DNA of 63,808 nt, the filler included, from Collodictyon triciliatum (Eukaryota), in NCBI GenBank assembly GCA_043381765.1. It is 29 parts of 29 records of this genome, joined end to end, with 100 filler letters (N's around TTAATTAATTAA, not from the genome) between each part and the next. Parts side by side here need not be neighbours in the genome. Positions count along the whole stretch, not along the records: positions 1 to 2,108 come from JBHJMP010009494.1; positions 2,209 to 4,316 come from JBHJMP010009495.1; positions 4,417 to 6,524 come from JBHJMP010009497.1; positions 6,625 to 8,731 come from JBHJMP010009498.1; positions 8,832 to 10,939 come from JBHJMP010009499.1; positions 11,040 to 13,145 come from JBHJMP010009500.1; 23 more parts are not named here. One strand, 5' to 3'. The notes below the pieces were generated by a model that was given only the letters and a program-made list of their open reading frames with translations, was not told the origin of the DNA and made no database searches. How positions within the stretch are numbered: the first letter of the stretch is position 1; each line of letters begins with the position of its first letter. A program made the translations under genes and the position numbers. Shown piece after piece: positions 1 to 11,925 of this stretch.

Positions 1-20
1 ATGAAAAAAATACTACTTAC

Positions 21-1211
21 CTTGTTGCAGCTGATGCTCAGGTATGTGATATTTGTCATGCGCGTGATGTTGGGTGGAAGCGCAGAGATGTTCATTCCGT
101 AAAAATTCAGCGATTCAAAGTGGATTTGGGTTGCGTTCGGTGTCCAGTCTGGCTTCAGCATATCTGCATCCTATTTGTTATTTTTAGTATTCTTCGTTTT
201 TTTTTAAAAAAAAAACTTTTTATTTTATTATTGTATTACTATGACTTACTGGTACTTCGTATAGCTGCAACTTTCGGATGTGTTTTTTGTCTGCGCTTTT
301 GTTCCAGCACGGCAGGTTCGTGATTCCACGCGGTGCACGTTTGATGTTTATTTTGCCTCCATACTCGATGTAGAGATACTTCAGATTTCTGAGTGCCGTG
401 ATTTGCGGTGGAAGCTCCTCGATCTGCACACATCGTTGTTAGTCACTTTTCTTTCATAAAAAATAAAAAACAACAAAACACTTACAGGGTTGCTGTGAAC
501 AATAAGCACTTCGAGTCCCGTCAACCGCGATATTTCTGGCGGCAGCGACGAAAGCTGGTTGTTTTGAACATTAAGGTACATGAGTCCCGTCAACCGCGAT
601 ATTTCCGGCGGCAGCGACGAAAGCTGGTTGTTACCAACACCAAGCACTTCGAGTCCCGTCAACTGCGATATTTCCGGCGGCAGCGACGAAAGCTGGTTGC
701 TACTAACACTAAGCAACGTGAGTCCCGTCAACCGCCATATTTCCGGCGGCAGCGACGAAAGCTTGTTTCCATAGACATTAAGGTGCTTGAGTCCCGTCAA
801 CCGCCATATTTCCGGCGGCAGCAACGAAAGCTGGTTGCCACCAACATGAAGCCACGTGAGTCCCGTCAACTGCGATATTTCTGGCGGCAGCGACGAAAGC
901 TGGTTGTTTTGAACATCAAGGTACATGAGTCCCGTCAACTGCGATATTTCCGGTGGCAGCAACGAAAGCTGATTGACAAAAACATCAAGAGACTCGAGTC
1001 CCGTCAACTGCGATATTTCCGGCGGCAGCGACGAAAGCTGGTTTCCACCGAGCGACAACTTCACCAAGCCTGGCAGATCCCAGACACCAGGCGGCACAGA
1101 AGTCAGATTTTTAATATGGAGACTCAGCGCTGTGTGCTTTTCGAGCTCCGCTACGCTGCTGCCACCGACGATTTCTCGCAGCTTCTCGGGACGGGCGGCG
1201 CGATCAGCCAT
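21..1211 (-). CDS. Leucine-rich repeat protein, 5' part (3 exons, runs off contig)
   Basis: ATG at 1211 (MADRAARPEKLREIVGG). Exons 1211-486, 423-250 and 170-21 have GT-AG boundaries and keep frame. Eight 23-aa LRRs of the form LSSLPPEISQLTGLxxLxVxxNQ, plus degenerate LRRs (IEELPPQITALRNLKYLYI; ISALPPNITRMTNITYLSISCNK). Confidence 0.9.
486..1037 (-). repeat. Coding tandem array, 8 x 69 bp (LRR units)
   Basis: A near-invariant 42-mer GAGTCCCGTCAACTGCGATATTTCCGGCGGCAGCGACGAAAG starts at 513, 582, 651, 720, 789, 858, 927 and 996 (exact 69-bp period). The copies are separated by variable 27-mers. Confidence 0.97.
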
Positions 1212-2108
1212 GGCGGCGGAGGGGGACGGAAAGTGGTTGTGACGCTCTCTGAGGAAACCGGAGACGAATGAGTCGAGTTTTGTGTGAGCAGGTTGCGCAG
1301 TGTTTATTTGTTTGGTGTCGTATTGCTTGGGAATGGGTGAAGGTGACAGGTTGCAGATAACTGGTTGCGGTAGAAAGAAAAGCAGGAAAGTGAAGAGGGA
1401 CGAATCAACTGCGAAATAAATAGCAGAGATTCGGAGGTGCAATGGGGTTTCGAGCGTCGATAGTAAGGATAGCGGAGATAGCGGCGAAAACTGGTTGTGG
1501 CAGAAAGAAAAAAAGGTTGATTTTGAAGACTTTTAATGAAAATAACATGAAATACACAATAACTGGAAAATAAAAAAGTTTTGGCAAATTTCGACAAAAT
1601 CAAACAAAAAACATAAGATAAGACAAATTATGATTCAATAACATAAGACTTACAATATGCATCGCGCGTGGGCGGCAGAATGAAGCGGAAATTTTTGCCA
1701 AAATTCTGAAGAAAAATGGCAAAGTGGGATAATGACTCGTGAGAAAGCTTCGTGCGTGTCTGATTTGTAACGAAATAAAAGAGAAAATTCTGAAGACAGA
1801 AAACAAAAAAAAAACATATTGAAGTGGCAAAGTGAAGAGAAGACTTACTTGAGAGGCTTCGTGCGTGTCATAGTAAAGACACTGCATTATTCAGCCGAAT
1901 GCAAGTTGAAGGTTGTTAGAGTCTCGTGTGTGCTCGCACATGTGTGAGTGAAGCTTAAAAGACGACTTGAGGAAGGCAGTCGAGACAAAAAAACACTGCT
2001 GCTTGCTTGGTTGGTTGCTGGCTGCTGCTTCAAGCTGCTTCGCGCATCACGCGCGCGAAAAAAGGGGTGCCAACCTTTCTCTAGCTTTTGGATCATTGAA
2101 CGTGGAGC

Positions 2109-2208
2109 NNNNNNNNNNNNNNNNNNNNNNNNNNNNNNNNNNNNNNNNNNNNTTAATTAATTAANNNNNNNNNNNNNNNNNNNNNNNNNNNNNNNNNNNN
2201 NNNNNNNN
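2109..2208. other. Artificial contig-joining linker (N44-TTAATTAATTAA-N44), first of 28
   Basis: An identical 100-nt block recurs about every 2.2 kb, starting at 2109, 4317, 6525, 8732, 10940, 13146, 15356, 17562, 19768, 21973, 24219, 26422, 28625, 30828, 33031, 35234, 37436, 39638, 41839, 44034, 46234, 48434, 50631, 52829, 55027, 57224, 59419 and 61614. TTAATTAATTAA gives stops in all six frames. Adjacency across linkers has no biological meaning. Confidence 0.99.
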
Positions 2209-2350
2209 TTAGTTAGTTTCTTATTTAGTTTCTTATTTAGTTTCTTATTTAGTTTCTTATTTAGTTTCTTATTTAGTTTCTTATTTAGTTTCTTATTTAG
2301 TTTCTTATTTTATTTAATATACGTGTGAACCATACTTGTAACTATTAATC

Positions 2351-4123
2351 ATGATAGTGCTAGGGAAGAGAAGGTCTATAGTTCAAAAGAATTATGATAT
2401 CTACAAAACATCAGGTCTACCTCCAATCTTGCGGGATTATAAAATATTTGAAGATGCTGCATTTGAGGTAAATGAAGGCTCAAAGTTCATTTTGAAAGTA
2501 ATTGAATGTTAACGCAGGATAAGAAAAATGGCATTACATAGCTATATCTTTATTCCCCCAAATCAAAGTCCAAACAATATTTTAAACCCGTAACCTCCGA
2601 CCCAACACAATAATTATCTTTTCTTCTTTTTCCTTTATTCAACACAATGATATTCTAAATAAATCAAATATCAAAATATTTTCATATTTATGAATTTGAA
2701 GGTTCCTCAAAACCAGTTGTTTTGATTGTAGAATTTGGGCTGCCTTGCGTGGACTCTTTCAAGATTGGATTTACTTCACTCCGGTATAATTCAAGATACA
2801 GAATATAAAATTCCCTTGGAATTTTGGGAAGACATAGAATGCTTTGAATCCGTGATATTTGCCACTGGTCATATTGGTAATTTTCTGCTTGAAATGAGTA
2901 TTCGTTAATACTCCAATTGGAAGAGGACTATGTGCAGATTATGATACCACGAACGTTTTCTTTCAATAAATACGCAACATATCAAACATATATGTATTAC
3001 ACAGTTAATTCCAATTTGCGAGAATATTATGGGTAAAGCTAAATATACAAGGCTCTTTCGAGTTGCTGCCGACGCTGATGAGTAGAATGGGACAACCCCT
3101 GGTGGCCGCATACCAACCCTTGTCTAACAAGTTAGTAGACCATCATCTTAAAAAGATTAGATCTGCTCACGCAATACTTGTAGAGGTATCTCCTTCCTAT
3201 GAAAAAAATGTATCTGGCATCAATACGAAATTAATAAAACACTAAATCACTTAAAATATCAAAATTTTTGCACTGTTTTCTGTTCCTGCTTCTTTTATTT
3301 TGCTTTTAGATTTTCTTCGCCACTATTTGAGAATTTAGAAACGTTTTGCTTTGTATGAACAACTTATGAGTGTGTATATTTCTACACATAAACTAACTAC
3401 GTAACCTGCATCGCCCAGACTGGTGATTGTTTCCAGCAACTCTTAAACTACTCCGAATCGGGTGTCCATATTGGATTGGTCACTGACCAGAGGGCACACC
3501 GCAATCCAATAAACGTATCCTATCTACGGTTGCTTCGTACTGGACTATTTTATTAAGTAACCTCATGACGCTTTTCTAGATATCCTTCCTTGGTGTAGAG
3601 ACCTCGACACACTCTGGCTTTGCAAATTTACAAATCATCACAGGTGTTTGTTTTGACAGTAATATCAATACCCGTGCAGACAAATTATACTTCACATTCC
3701 AATAACAAATTAAGACAAAAAAATGAGTCTTCGAATTTAGGTGTGCCTTTTTTTTTCTTTTTTCTTGAAACAATTTTTGATAAACTTAACATACCACGAA
3801 CTTCAACTCATATTTTCAAGGAAAACCAATTTGGTTCGTTGCACTCCTTCGTAATAGAGCAAACTTGTCAGAAAAGCCATTCCGGCTTTTCATGTGTCGA
3901 ATACGTGTAAGCTTGTTTTTTTTAGTGCACTTTTATGATGAATATTTTAAAAAAAAAAATTGGGAAACTATTATTAATCTCCTCAACGCTGGGCTAAACC
4001 GACGATTATATATTTCATTCCCAGACGCATCCAAAGATATGTGACCCTGCCAAAAGGGCCCTAGCCATCACACAGGAATACTACACAATTCTTGAACGCC
4101 TGCTGTGTCAGCACCCTGAACAG
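2351..4123 (+). CDS. Lipid A late acyltransferase family protein (LpxL/HtrB/LpxM-like, Lip_A_acyltrans), 7 exons, partial
   Basis: Exons ~2351/2358-2467, 2732-2876, 3052-3185, 3419-3514, 3580-3643, 3821-3906 and 4025-4123 are all GT-AG and frame-consistent. Spliced motifs appear in family order: KRRSIVQKNY, FENLG, VIFATGHIGSFELL (H-x4-E dyad), AAYQPLSNKLVDHHLKKIR, IGLVTDQ, ISFLGVETSTHSGFANLQIITGKPIWFV, ITQEYYTILERLLCQHPEQ. The final exon (expected W-x-H-R-R-W) lies beyond the contig end. Confidence 0.85.
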
Positions 4124-4622
4124 GTGAATATATTTCTCAGAACTGTAATGGCATGTGGCATATAGTAACATTTGCTGAGGTTGCCAATGACCTGTTAGCT
4201 TTCCTTTTTTTTTTCTATTTTTCTTTTTTTCTTTTTTCTTTTTTCTTTTTTCTTTTTTCTTTTTTCTTTTTTTCTTTTTTCTTTTTTCTTTTTTCTTTTT
4301 TCTTTTTTCTTTTTTCNNNNNNNNNNNNNNNNNNNNNNNNNNNNNNNNNNNNNNNNNNNNTTAATTAATTAANNNNNNNNNNNNNNNNNNNNNNNNNNNN
4401 NNNNNNNNNNNNNNNNAAGAATAAAAAGAATAAAAAGAATAAAAAGAATAAAAAGAATAAAAAGAATAAAAAGAATAAAAAGAATAAAAAGAATAAAAAG
4501 AATAAAAAGAATAAAAAGAATAAGTTCAAAAGCAACCAGGAATAATCACATTTGATTTTCCTCTGACAATCCCCTTCTTATGCAATAGAAGATTTTTCAT
4601 AACTGTGTAAATCATGAGATAG

Positions 4623-5351
4623 GGGTACTGCTCTGCTAGGGGGAATTACCTCTTTACAAAAGGCAGCTGGTACTACGAAATAAATATCGTCGATTTTACT
4701 TCAAGAGGATGTGCAAGGTTTTCATTTTGAATTTATTTTCCTATATGTTTAACATTGAATCATACGAACACTCATATTTATTGAACTCTTTATATACGCG
4801 TGTGTTGATCAAGGAAAACTCGATTGTCATACTCAAGATTCAATTTCTATAAATTTCTGTGGAATTAAATACGTGTAAAGAACTGAAAAGTTAAAAAAAA
4901 AGCTGATGGGGTTAAGCCATCTTGCTAGGGATTTTCTAATATATTAATTTTTACATATTGATTAACTTGATGCCCATGGTTTTTAAAGGGTAGGATGGGC
5001 CACTAACTACAGTGATTTACAAGCAAATGTGGGATTCGATATATTTGGGTAAGAGTTTCCTCCTTTGCTGGAAATCGAGCACTTAAGGCATTCCGTGTGC
5101 CAACAGAAAATCGACAAAAGAAGAATCTTTTAAAGAAGCTTTTTATTTTTTATTTTTTATTCTTTGCCATTATGCTCTGTCGTCAGCCTCTGGTGATAAA
5201 GAAGTTGGCATGAATTGAAAACACTTACATTAGGCTGAAATCATCTCCATTAGGTACGCATACAGGAGCTCACCACCCAGTAAGGTTCATGATGCCTTTG
5301 TATATCCCTACGGGAAGCCTTATGGTCAGCCTGATTTTCCACCCTCAACCT

Positions 5352-5382
<31 letters not shown>

Positions 5383-5436
5383 GCCCTCTCTCCCTCTCGT
5401 ACTCTCACTCTCACTCTCACTCTCACTCNNNNNNNN

Positions 5437-5504
<68 letters not shown>

Positions 5505-6275
5505 CATCATTATATAACACATGTTGAAAATTAGTTATTTTAAATGAATAAAAAGCAAATTTGGGCAAATAGTAGTAATGTATTATTACTCTTAATGATA
5601 ACACTGCCTTCTTTTTTATATAAAAACCAAAAGTATGCGCACCCTATGAAAGGTTTTAATTCAATTGTTTTAAATTGCTGTTATAGGTCCAGGAGATACG
5701 GTAGGATTCTACATTTATCTACCAGAGATAGATTTTGAGGCACCAAAGCTGTCGGCTGATAGCCACGTTCCTTTCAATTTCAATGTAAGACAAAAGGACC
5801 CAAATCCTCCAGTGAAAGGAAGGTAAATTTCACGATAAATACTTTTTTTTGTACTGGATGACAATTCATTTACTCCTCTCAGAAAAAAATAGTATTAAAA
5901 TAAACTTTCAGTTTCATCGAATTCTATGTTAACGGAGAATGTCAAGGAAGAGCCTTCGAAGATATTTCCTATGGTATGGAAAAAATACCAAAAAAGTCTT
6001 CAAAATATATAACTGAATAATCCGACCCCCTCGGTCCTGCACGAAGTTGAAAGGAAGAATAAAAAAATAATAATAATAGCTGAATCACCCGAATCTGGTG
6101 TCCTAGACACGTGTTAATTAAATTCCTGTCTCTTCTTTCCTTTTCAGTCTTTGATAATGTTAATAATGTGTTTTATTTCTTACTTTTAATAGGGCATTAC
6201 ACTGCTGCGGTGTCTCTTTTTGGGGGAGCCAAAGTATCTTGCAATTTCGGACCAAACTTCAAACACCCTCCTCCG
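4623..6275 (+). CDS. ASH2: ASH2L/Bre2-like SPRY domain protein (COMPASS subunit), partial
   Basis: Spliced exons give GYCSARGNYLFTKGSWYYEI, RVGWATNYSDLQANVGFDIFG, YAYRSSPPSKVH, GPGDTVGFYIYLP, IEFYVNGECQGRAFEDI and YTAAVSLFGGAKVSCNFGPNFKHPP. These are colinear with the ASH2 SPRY domain. Confidence 0.8.
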
Positions 6276-6631
6276 GTAAGAATATTTGCAGTGGCACATA
6301 TTGGTCCACTCATATATTGGTTGATTCAACAAATATCAGTCACATGTTTAAATTCAAGTACAGTAGCAGATTAAAACATAATTATTTTTTTTTTACTGGA
6401 GTTCATGATATATAAAAAGTAAATTGCTACTAAGAAACAAAACAAAACAAAACAAAACAAAACAAAACAAAACAAAACAAAAAACAAAACAAAAAACAAA
6501 ACAAAAAACAAAACAAAAAACAAANNNNNNNNNNNNNNNNNNNNNNNNNNNNNNNNNNNNNNNNNNNNTTAATTAATTAANNNNNNNNNNNNNNNNNNNN
6601 NNNNNNNNNNNNNNNNNNNNNNNNATATAAT

Positions 6632-6737
6632 GCAACTCTGGCAGTAATTCGCTCAATTGAAATTGTGACTGTGGGCTGTAATGTCAATCCTCATATCTGG
6701 AAACGTTTCGCATTATAAATATATGTGGATATTATAA
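6632..6737 (+). repeat. 106-bp direct repeat, copy 1 (copy 2 at 8626-8731)
   Basis: GCAACTCTGGCAGTAATTCGCTCAATTG...GTGGATATTATAA is identical at the two ends of the same contig. Confidence 0.95.
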
Positions 6738-7144
6738 ATAAATACTTATTTTATACTATTATTAGATATTAATATTTACATGGTATAAAACAATATCATA
6801 ATATGTACAGATATGCAAAGATAATTAGTGTACTCACACATTTTTGAATTTTGAATACCGCATTTTATTTTTCCACATAAGTGCCTCAATAACGCACAAA
6901 GCGAATAAAGTTGGCGCATTCACCCAACAAATCCAAGGCACAAAAAAAAGGCAGAGAGGGCTAACGCATCTGAAGCGCACGCCAACGCCCTAAAAAAGGC
7001 GTGAATAGAAGTAACGTATCTGAAGCAGAGTTGGGCGAGACAAAGCAGAAGCAGAAGCAGAAGCAGAGTCACACATACGCCAAAGCCGTGAAGCATTTCC
7101 ATTCATATAGCATACCTCACCAATCACCCAAACAGATACCCACA

Positions 7145-7517
7145 ATGCACCTTCTTAACGCCATACGCCTGGCGAGTGCTATCCCGCGGGCTTCCGGTGC
7201 AGCCATCAGATGTATTCAGACAAATCCCTCAAACAGGTTCCCATTCCTATTCATTCTTTTCATTCTTGTTTCTCATTTCCCGTTCTCATTTTTCAGGTAT
7301 CGCTTTTCAACATCTGTAATCGCTTTTCTTTCATATTTTTTTGTCGAGCGAGTATACAAAAAAACTACCTCGAGATCACCCAAGCTTAGTCGATCGCAGT
7401 CATAGCCATGAAATTTACTTTTCTTATAAAGCTATAATACTTTCTTGACGGATAATCTGTTTTCAAAACCAAGGCAGAGATCAGCAAACGTGCGCAGTCT
7501 GGCGTGCTAACATAACA

Positions 7518-7584
<67 letters not shown>

Positions 7585-8251
7585 GCACGTTCCTCGTTAT
7601 GTATGCTGTAGTAAACGTTTTCCTTGGATTCAAGCTGCTTTGTCCACGGTTGCTTTGGGCACTGCAGTCACCTTGTATGGTGTCGGTTCTGCTGTTGCAG
7701 AGGGCGAAGTGAATAAAATTTTATCATTTAGTTTTGTGCTCTTTATACTTTAATAAGAATTAAGAGAGAATCAAATATGAGGCCAACTGTTATATTTTCT
7801 CTTCGCGCCAAACATTTTCTTGTGACGAGATTAAATTATTTTTTTAAATTAATATCTTCGCAGTGCAAAACTGAAGAGAGGAAAAAACATGCCGATTTTC
7901 GTAGCCGTATCCACGCGAACTACAACGACCGTATCAGAAAGTACAGCAGCCCCGAAAAGGTAAAATAAGGATGTCTACTTTGTCCGACGTGAATACACTC
8001 TTTATTTTTTTGTATGTTCATAGCCATCTGTAATAAATCGTCTTTTCAATATCACCAAAATATGGTTGTTGTAAAATGCAAGGTCGTTGACCCAGCACGA
8101 AGCGTTGATACCTACTTTTTCTTCTTTTTCTGTACGTAATCCCCAGGTGTTCAGAACATTCGCCTCCAAGAACCACGATGATGAGCCGGTGATGACACCT
8201 CTCGATTTTTTGCAGAGTCTCTACCCTTCGATTGACAAAAAATCAGACAAA
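7145..8251 (+). CDS. MICU1: MICU1-like mitochondrial calcium uptake protein, 5' part
   Basis: The Arg/Ala-rich N-terminus resembles a mitochondrial presequence (MHLLNAIRLASAIPRASGAAIRCI). A hydrophobic segment follows, then FRSRIHANYNDRIRKYSSPEK|VFRTFAS...VMTPLDFLQSL, matching the MICU1 YENRIRAYSTPDKIFRYFA...MTPEDF motif. EF-hand exons are not present. Confidence 0.8.
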
Positions 8252-8326
8252 GTATGAATTTTAGACGGAATTATGCGTAGAATCCAAAACGGGCCTTTGC
8301 TATTTTATTATATCGATATTCATCCG

Positions 8327-8375
<49 letters not shown>

Positions 8376-8625
8376 CTTTTTTTTCTTTTTTTTCTTTTTT
8401 TTCTTTTTTTCTTTTTTTCTTTTTTCTTTTTTATGGTAGTGTTTATACTCGTTTTCTGATAAAATTCTTTTTCAAGACACTGGGTCAAGTGTGTTTCCTT
8501 TGGTGACTGCTTGGCTTTGCACATCGCTTGCGAGTGAGTTCGTTGCTGTTTTCCTGGTCACGAGGAGTTGAAAACGAGCGTTGGTGGGAAGATTGACGTT
8601 TCCATGCTAGACGAGGGTACATAAG

Positions 8626-8731
8626 GCAACTCTGGCAGTAATTCGCTCAATTGAAATTGTGACTGTGGGCTGTAATGTCAATCCTCATATCTGGAAACGT
8701 TTCGCATTATAAATATATGTGGATATTATAA
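8626..8731 (+). repeat. 106-bp direct repeat, copy 2
   Basis: Identical to 6632-6737 and terminates the contig. Confidence 0.95.
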
Positions 8732-9918
8732 NNNNNNNNNNNNNNNNNNNNNNNNNNNNNNNNNNNNNNNNNNNNTTAATTAATTAANNNNNNNNNNNNN
8801 NNNNNNNNNNNNNNNNNNNNNNNNNNNNNNNGAAAAAAGAAAAAAGAAAAAAGAAAAAAGAAAAAAGAAAAAAGAAAAAAGAAAAAAGAAAAAAGAAAAA
8901 AGAAAAAAGAAAAAGAAAAAAGAAAAAAGAAGAAAAAAAGAGAGAAAAACAACATTACAATATTAAACATTCCTAATCAAATGAGAAATATTATAGTTCA
9001 TCAATAACCAATGAAATCGATATTCATATTTAACAATTACTTCAAATAAAATTAGATAACAATAAAAAATGATTCCGATTTACAAGAGGCATTTTCTTAT
9101 CACCAGCGCTCTGGTGCCAACAACTTTAAGTTATCATTATCTCAAAATATTCGGGTGGGTATATAGATTGAACCAATCACATGTTATCGACATACGTAAC
9201 CAACCTCTTTATTTTTTTACATTTAATTATGTAAATTAGAATTTGACTGTCCCCTATTTGACTTTTAACTATTTTCCCTTTAACATCCTGAAATGGTGAC
9301 ACAGCCTCACTCCCGAACCCTTGACGCCTTCGATTCCATTACAAGTAATCTACATTGTTAATTTCCATAATTCTAATTCATTCAGTATAGCCGCTTTCCC
9401 GTTACTTGTGAATATATTCTTCTGGATAAACTATGAATCAAAGAGATGAATTTTTTTCTTATGGATAAAGTTAATTACTGTCCCATCAACCAAATATAGT
9501 TAAAATAGCCATAAAAACAGCAAACGATAAAAATATAAGGCAGAAAATTCAGTACATATCTACTTTATTATTGTATTGTTGTTTTAAGCAACCGCATTAA
9601 AGAAATATCATAACACTGAAGATTCAGGAAAAGGGTCTGGAAGGGGCTCAGATGTATCCACCTCACCCTCTAGCAGCCACCTCTCTGATATCCATAGAGC
9701 CCAGCTCCTTGCTGGTATAACATATTATAACATCCTCATTCAACACAAACCCCCTCAATGAATTGAAACAAAGATGAACCGGGCTCTGTTCTTATTACAC
9801 GCTCGCTATGTTCTCTAGATATCCTAATCCAAATATTGATTTCGTATTAAAAACCATGGCGAATGCTCGATTATGATGTTTCTGAAGTTGAGTTCGCTTT
9901 CATGCCAGATAATCCAAA

Positions 9919-10764
9919 CGGTTGGATAGAAATAGTGCCGGAGGACCTCGACGTAGAGGATAGAATTGGATCAGGTTCTTTCTGCATTGTGCGGAAGGCA
10001 ACTTGGCGTGGAGTAAGATGAACTTATTCTTAACTATTTTTTTTCCCTAGAAAGAAATTTACAATATCTGATTAAAACACTCTATTTCCATCCACTAACA
10101 CACGACCACATGATTTTGACGCAGAAAAAAGTGGCACTCAAGATATTCAGGGATGAAATCGTCGATGCAGAGTTACTTGAAATTTTTCGTTCAGAGCTTA
10201 CGGTGATGTGGTAATTATCTCTTTCCATCAGTAAAGTCCCTGACTCCATCTACTCATTCGGATTGGTGATAAAATCCTTATGTCATCTCCGTTAGATGAA
10301 AAACTATAATTTTTTTTAAAAGCTTTTCGTTTCTTTTTCGTTTCTTTTTTCTTATATATCTTACATTCCGAGTCTGGTTGGCACTAATGTTTGTGCGATA
10401 CACACACTGCAGCAAACTGTCTCATCCGAATATTATTCCTCTTCTTGGTGCCATAACATCATCTTCACAACTGTGTATTGTCACAGAGTTTATGGGATAC
10501 GGAAGCCTTTTTGATATCTTACATAAGAACTTCGAAATAGATGAACCAAAAAGGTCTCTCTTTTTCATAGTATTTTAATTAGTTTCTTTTCTAAAGTTAA
10601 CACATGCGGATAATAAAATAAGCAGCAAACCTACCCCGCCCATTATTCACATCTTCTTTACACCTAGGATACACTTATCATTAAGCATAGCCCGTGGCTT
10701 GGAGCACTTACATAGCCGTGAGCCAATTATCGTGCACAGAGATTTGAAGAGTGCAAATATTTTG
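9919..10764 (+). CDS. TKL-group protein kinase, N-lobe to catalytic loop (partial; further upstream exons likely)
   Basis: Exons encode IGSGSFCIVRKATWRG, VALKIF, LSHPNIIPLLGA..LCIVTEFMGYGSLFDILH and IARGLEHLHSREPIIVHRDLKSANIL. Confidence 0.93.
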
Positions 10765-10889
10765 GTAGGAAAAACCAAGAAACAAAATCCAAGAAACAAA
10801 AACCAAGAGACAAAAACCAAGAAACAAAAACCAAGAAACAAAATCCAAGAAAAAAAACTAAGAAAAAAAAAAAAGAAAAAAAAAAAAAG

Positions 10890-10939
<50 letters not shown>

Positions 10940-11070
10940 NNNNNNNNNNNNNNNNNNNNNNNNNNNNNNNNNNNNNNNNNNNNTTAATTAATTAANNNNN
11001 NNNNNNNNNNNNNNNNNNNNNNNNNNNNNNNNNNNNNNNATAAAGGAAAAGTTTAGGATTTATCATTTAC

Positions 11071-11925
11071 CTTTTTAACTTCTAGTTTTCCTTGCACAAT
11101 CGAAATCCACATATGAAGCGTCATTGAAAACCACCACATGATAATAGAATTCAGGAAGAATTCTACGATGAATGCTGACTCCAACCATTTAAAACAATAT
11201 TTTAGACTAAAACCGATGATTTAATAACAAAAATAAAAATATCAACCATAGTGATGAGAGAAATTAATATGATACCCGTAAGAATTAATAATATATCGAT
11301 TGAAATGAGTTGGCTTTTTAATTTCCTAACCCTGAGCAATGCACCAGTTTTCTCCATCTAAGAAATTTTCTCTCCCCGCAAACTCAACAAGCAACAAACT
11401 CAGGTTGAAACCACCAGAAGCAATCCCAAAGTAGACTGAAAGACTTGATATTCCTCTTTTCCTATAAGAATAAAAAATGCATATTATAATTTTATTGGAT
11501 TTCAAGAACCATATAATATACCAAAACAATAACACAGAATTCAATAAAGCCAATGTTTTAAGTGTTGAATGTTTAGTTCAATCGAAAACATTTCAGAAAA
11601 ATATGCGTATGATTAAATAATACATAGATAGTCTATCTAAATGAAAAACATAAAGTGAAATAAGGGAAAAAGACCAAAGCTACTTTTACCTTGACTCCTG
11701 GTTTAGATAGTAGGTTAACGTAGCAAAGAAACTGAGAATGACTGATGCAAGGTTCATTCCAAACATGACCTGGTAAAGCTTATCCACTTCCGAAGTCTTC
11801 AACCCCAGGAGGAGTGGGTTCAGCAGGTAATACTCTGACATATCCAACAAAAGATTCAAGGTAACGAGCTGGGGACACAGAGATTCCTTGGTGACTTGCG
11901 CGAATGAATAAGCAGATGTCAGATC
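11071..11925 (-). CDS. 7TM GPCR-like receptor (Frizzled/Smoothened-like or cAMP-receptor-like), TM1-TM3, partial
   Basis: Exons give TM1 (VMFGMNLASVILSFFATLTYYLNQESR), TM2/ECL1 (SSLSVYFGIASGGFNLSLLLVEFAGRENFLDGENWCIAQG) and TM3 (FIVEFFLNSIIMWWFSMTLHMWISIV). The C-x-x-Q-G...WW pattern is typical of protist Fsl/cAR-type receptors. The upstream exon structure is unresolved. Confidence 0.6.

Noticed and set aside
486-1037. CRISPR-like repeat/spacer appearance (42-nt repeat, 27-nt spacer)
   Set aside because: The period is exactly 23 codons within a spliced eukaryotic LRR ORF. The spacers are homologous to each other, and no cas genes are present.
408-1271. 287-aa plus-strand ORF
   Set aside because: Antisense shadow of the LRR repeat array.
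2153-2164. Recurrent TTAATTAATTAA motif as a biological site
   Set aside because: It is always centred in 88 Ns and is an artificial six-frame-stop linker.
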